Origin: a virus
Length of the DNA: 64,000 nt
Virus record (IMG/VR): IMGVR_UViG_3300047564_005910
Span: 32,001 to 96,000 of that record
Strand: one strand, 5' to 3'
Positions 62,592 to 64,000 of the stretch are shown piece after piece (the stretch's first letter is position 1; the number at the start of each line of letters is the position of its first letter). A program made the position numbers and the translations under genes. The notes below the pieces were generated by a model. It searched no databases. It was not told where the DNA came from and saw only the letters and a list, made by a program, of their open reading frames with translations.

Positions 62592-63556
62592 ATATTTAAA
62601 AAGTGTTTAATTTTCTTTTTATTGTGTACATGTAAATTAAAAATGGGTATATTAATACCCTTGTAAACTATAAAGGGTTCTTTATTAAATTTTACTTCAA
62701 TATTTTTATCTATTATTTCTTTACCAACAAAATGTCGATATTCACAATACCCTTCTGGGTGACCGTTATTAGTGCCTCCTAAAAATTGTCCGTAAGAAGT
62801 GGGATCAAATACAGCTTGAACAGTTTCAAAGTTTTTTGAATACTCCCCGAGCGGTACGCACGGTAACATTTTGTATTGTTTTGAGCCTTTACGGATTAAA
62901 TCTAAAAACGCCATATCGGTTATCCAAGGCGCAAAATGACCAACATACGGGCGTATTACTTGCTCTCCTTTATTCAAAAGTTTTATGTGTAGTTTGTACA
63001 AAGTATCCCCTGCTGCAGCATCTTTAATATATATTAAAGAAGGAGCCGATGAGTTTGGGGCTTCGTTGCACCATCCAAAATCTCCTGCAGAAAATAGACT
63101 ATTTATTTTTGTAAAATCATTAGCAAAAATTATATTATCGGCTTCTATATGAATAGTATTTTCGATATTGAACTTTTTCACTGCTATAGTCAAAACTATA
63201 ACACGAGCAAAGGTAGTAAACCAAAACGGATCGATGCGATAACGAGACCATTTAGCATTTAAAACTTCAATGTACTGTTTAAATTCATCAGTAGGTACAA
63301 TCTCTTGGTCGACATCGATATAGGTTATATTTGTTTCGCCAAGCGTTTTTTTAATAGTTTCGATCTCTTTACTGTGACTTATTAAATAAGTGTTATCAAA
63401 TTTTTTTCGGTTATAATTTAATGTGTCTAGGTAATATTCAGGTACACTCTGATAACTATACGAGCTCGTTTGAGTTTGTGGTAGTGCACAAAACTTATCG
63501 TTTAAAAAGACATAAACAAGACTGTTTGACATTTTAATCTTTATAGAGTGTTTCAA
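62588..63556 (-). CDS. Putative GT-A-fold glycosyltransferase
   Basis: FWFTTFAR, HIEADN, TDM, FDPTSYGQFLGG, FNLHVHNK; lies in the sugar cluster. Confidence 0.55.
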   Translation of the reverse strand: MKHSIKIKMSNSLVYVFLNDKFCALPQTQTSSYSYQSVPEYYLDTLNYNRKKFDNTYLISHSKEIETIKKTLGETNITYIDVDQEIVPTDEFKQYIEVLNAKWSRYRIDPFWFTTFARVIVLTIAVKKFNIENTIHIEADNIIFANDFTKINSLFSAGDFGWCNEAPNSSAPSLIYIKDAAAGDTLYKLHIKLLNKGEQVIRPYVGHFAPWITDMAFLDLIRKGSKQYKMLPCVPLGEYSKNFETVQAVFDPTSYGQFLGGTNNGHPEGYCEYRHFVGKEIIDKNIEVKFNKEPFIVYKGINIPIFNLHVHNKKKIKHFLNI

Positions 63557-64000
63557 ACATCTGACTTAGTACCGGTCTTTCATTAAACTGATGAACAATA
63601 GGGTAGGGTTCGTCGTTTGAGGCGTACAGTTTAGCATTTTTAACATTATCATTTGTTAATTCATTATCGCTGACATGTGCTAGATGAACAATATAATCGT
63701 TACCGTGTGTTAAAATTGTTGGTTTAATACTATTAAAAACGTAATATAAAACATTCAATATTACCTGATCATAAGCAAAATAATACTGTCTAGCTAAAAC
63801 GTTTTGAAGCTCATAAGCTACCTGTTTTTGATAATCTTTAATACTTTCTTTTGAACCTATTGTAATACCACAGTTTAATATTTTTTTATCTTTTACTTTA
63901 TCGTAATCAGGGCTATACCCCATATTAAACCAAGTAGTGTTAGTGTCACACTCTGAATATAATTTTTTTTCTTCGCAAATAATAAAAGTATCAGTTTTAA
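63534..64000 (-). CDS. Putative GT-A glycosyltransferase (partial; start lies beyond the window end)
   Basis: Frame is open from 63923 to the edge (KTDTFIICEEKKLYSECDTNTTWFN); LNCGITIG, DQVILN, IVHQF motifs. Confidence 0.65.
   Translation of the reverse strand, partial: KTDTFIICEEKKLYSECDTNTTWFNMGYSPDYDKVKDKKILNCGITIGSKESIKDYQKQVAYELQNVLARQYYFAYDQVILNVLYYVFNSIKPTILTHGNDYIVHLAHVSDNELTNDNVKNAKLYASNDEPYPIVHQFNERPVLSQMFETLYKD

Noticed and set aside
1-64000. tRNA genes, CRISPR arrays, structured ncRNA, diversity-generating retroelement
   Set aside because: Intergenic gaps are all under about 60 nt; no cloverleaf, direct-repeat array, reverse transcriptase or near-identical repeat pair was seen.

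Overview
A 64 kb, AT-rich, densely coded segment of a large T4-like myovirus genome, almost entirely on the minus strand. No tRNA, rRNA, CRISPR array, intein or mobile element is visible. Left half: very large baseplate/fibre proteins (including a >1890 aa RCC1-repeat protein that runs off the window and is missing from the ORF track), gp6, gp25, a plus-strand island (class II RNR, dUTPase, clamp loader) with a displaced gp16-like small terminase inside it, then hub, gp53, gp48, tape measure, two gp26-like chaperones, gp54, tube, sheath, gp3 and large terminase. Right half: replication core (clamp, gp32, gp41, UvsX, family B polymerase, gp46) interleaved with a 7-deazaguanine DNA-modification module. 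That module is FolE plus a tight run directly behind the polymerase: TGT/DpdA-fold protein, PurN-like formyltransferase, P-loop nucleotide kinase and bimodular QueF. A FkbM methyltransferase, a GT-B glycosyltransferase next to the polymerase and a glycan-synthesis island follow. Best candidate system: a pre-replicative (nucleotide-level) route to formyl-preQ1-substituted DNA, possibly with further decoration. Second theme: no Shine-Dalgarno sites at the starts I examined; many genes have their own TTGANN-N15/17-TANNNT or TAAATA promoter 6-14 nt before the start codon, implying leaderless or near-leaderless expression. All product calls come from motif recognition by eye; no database search was run.
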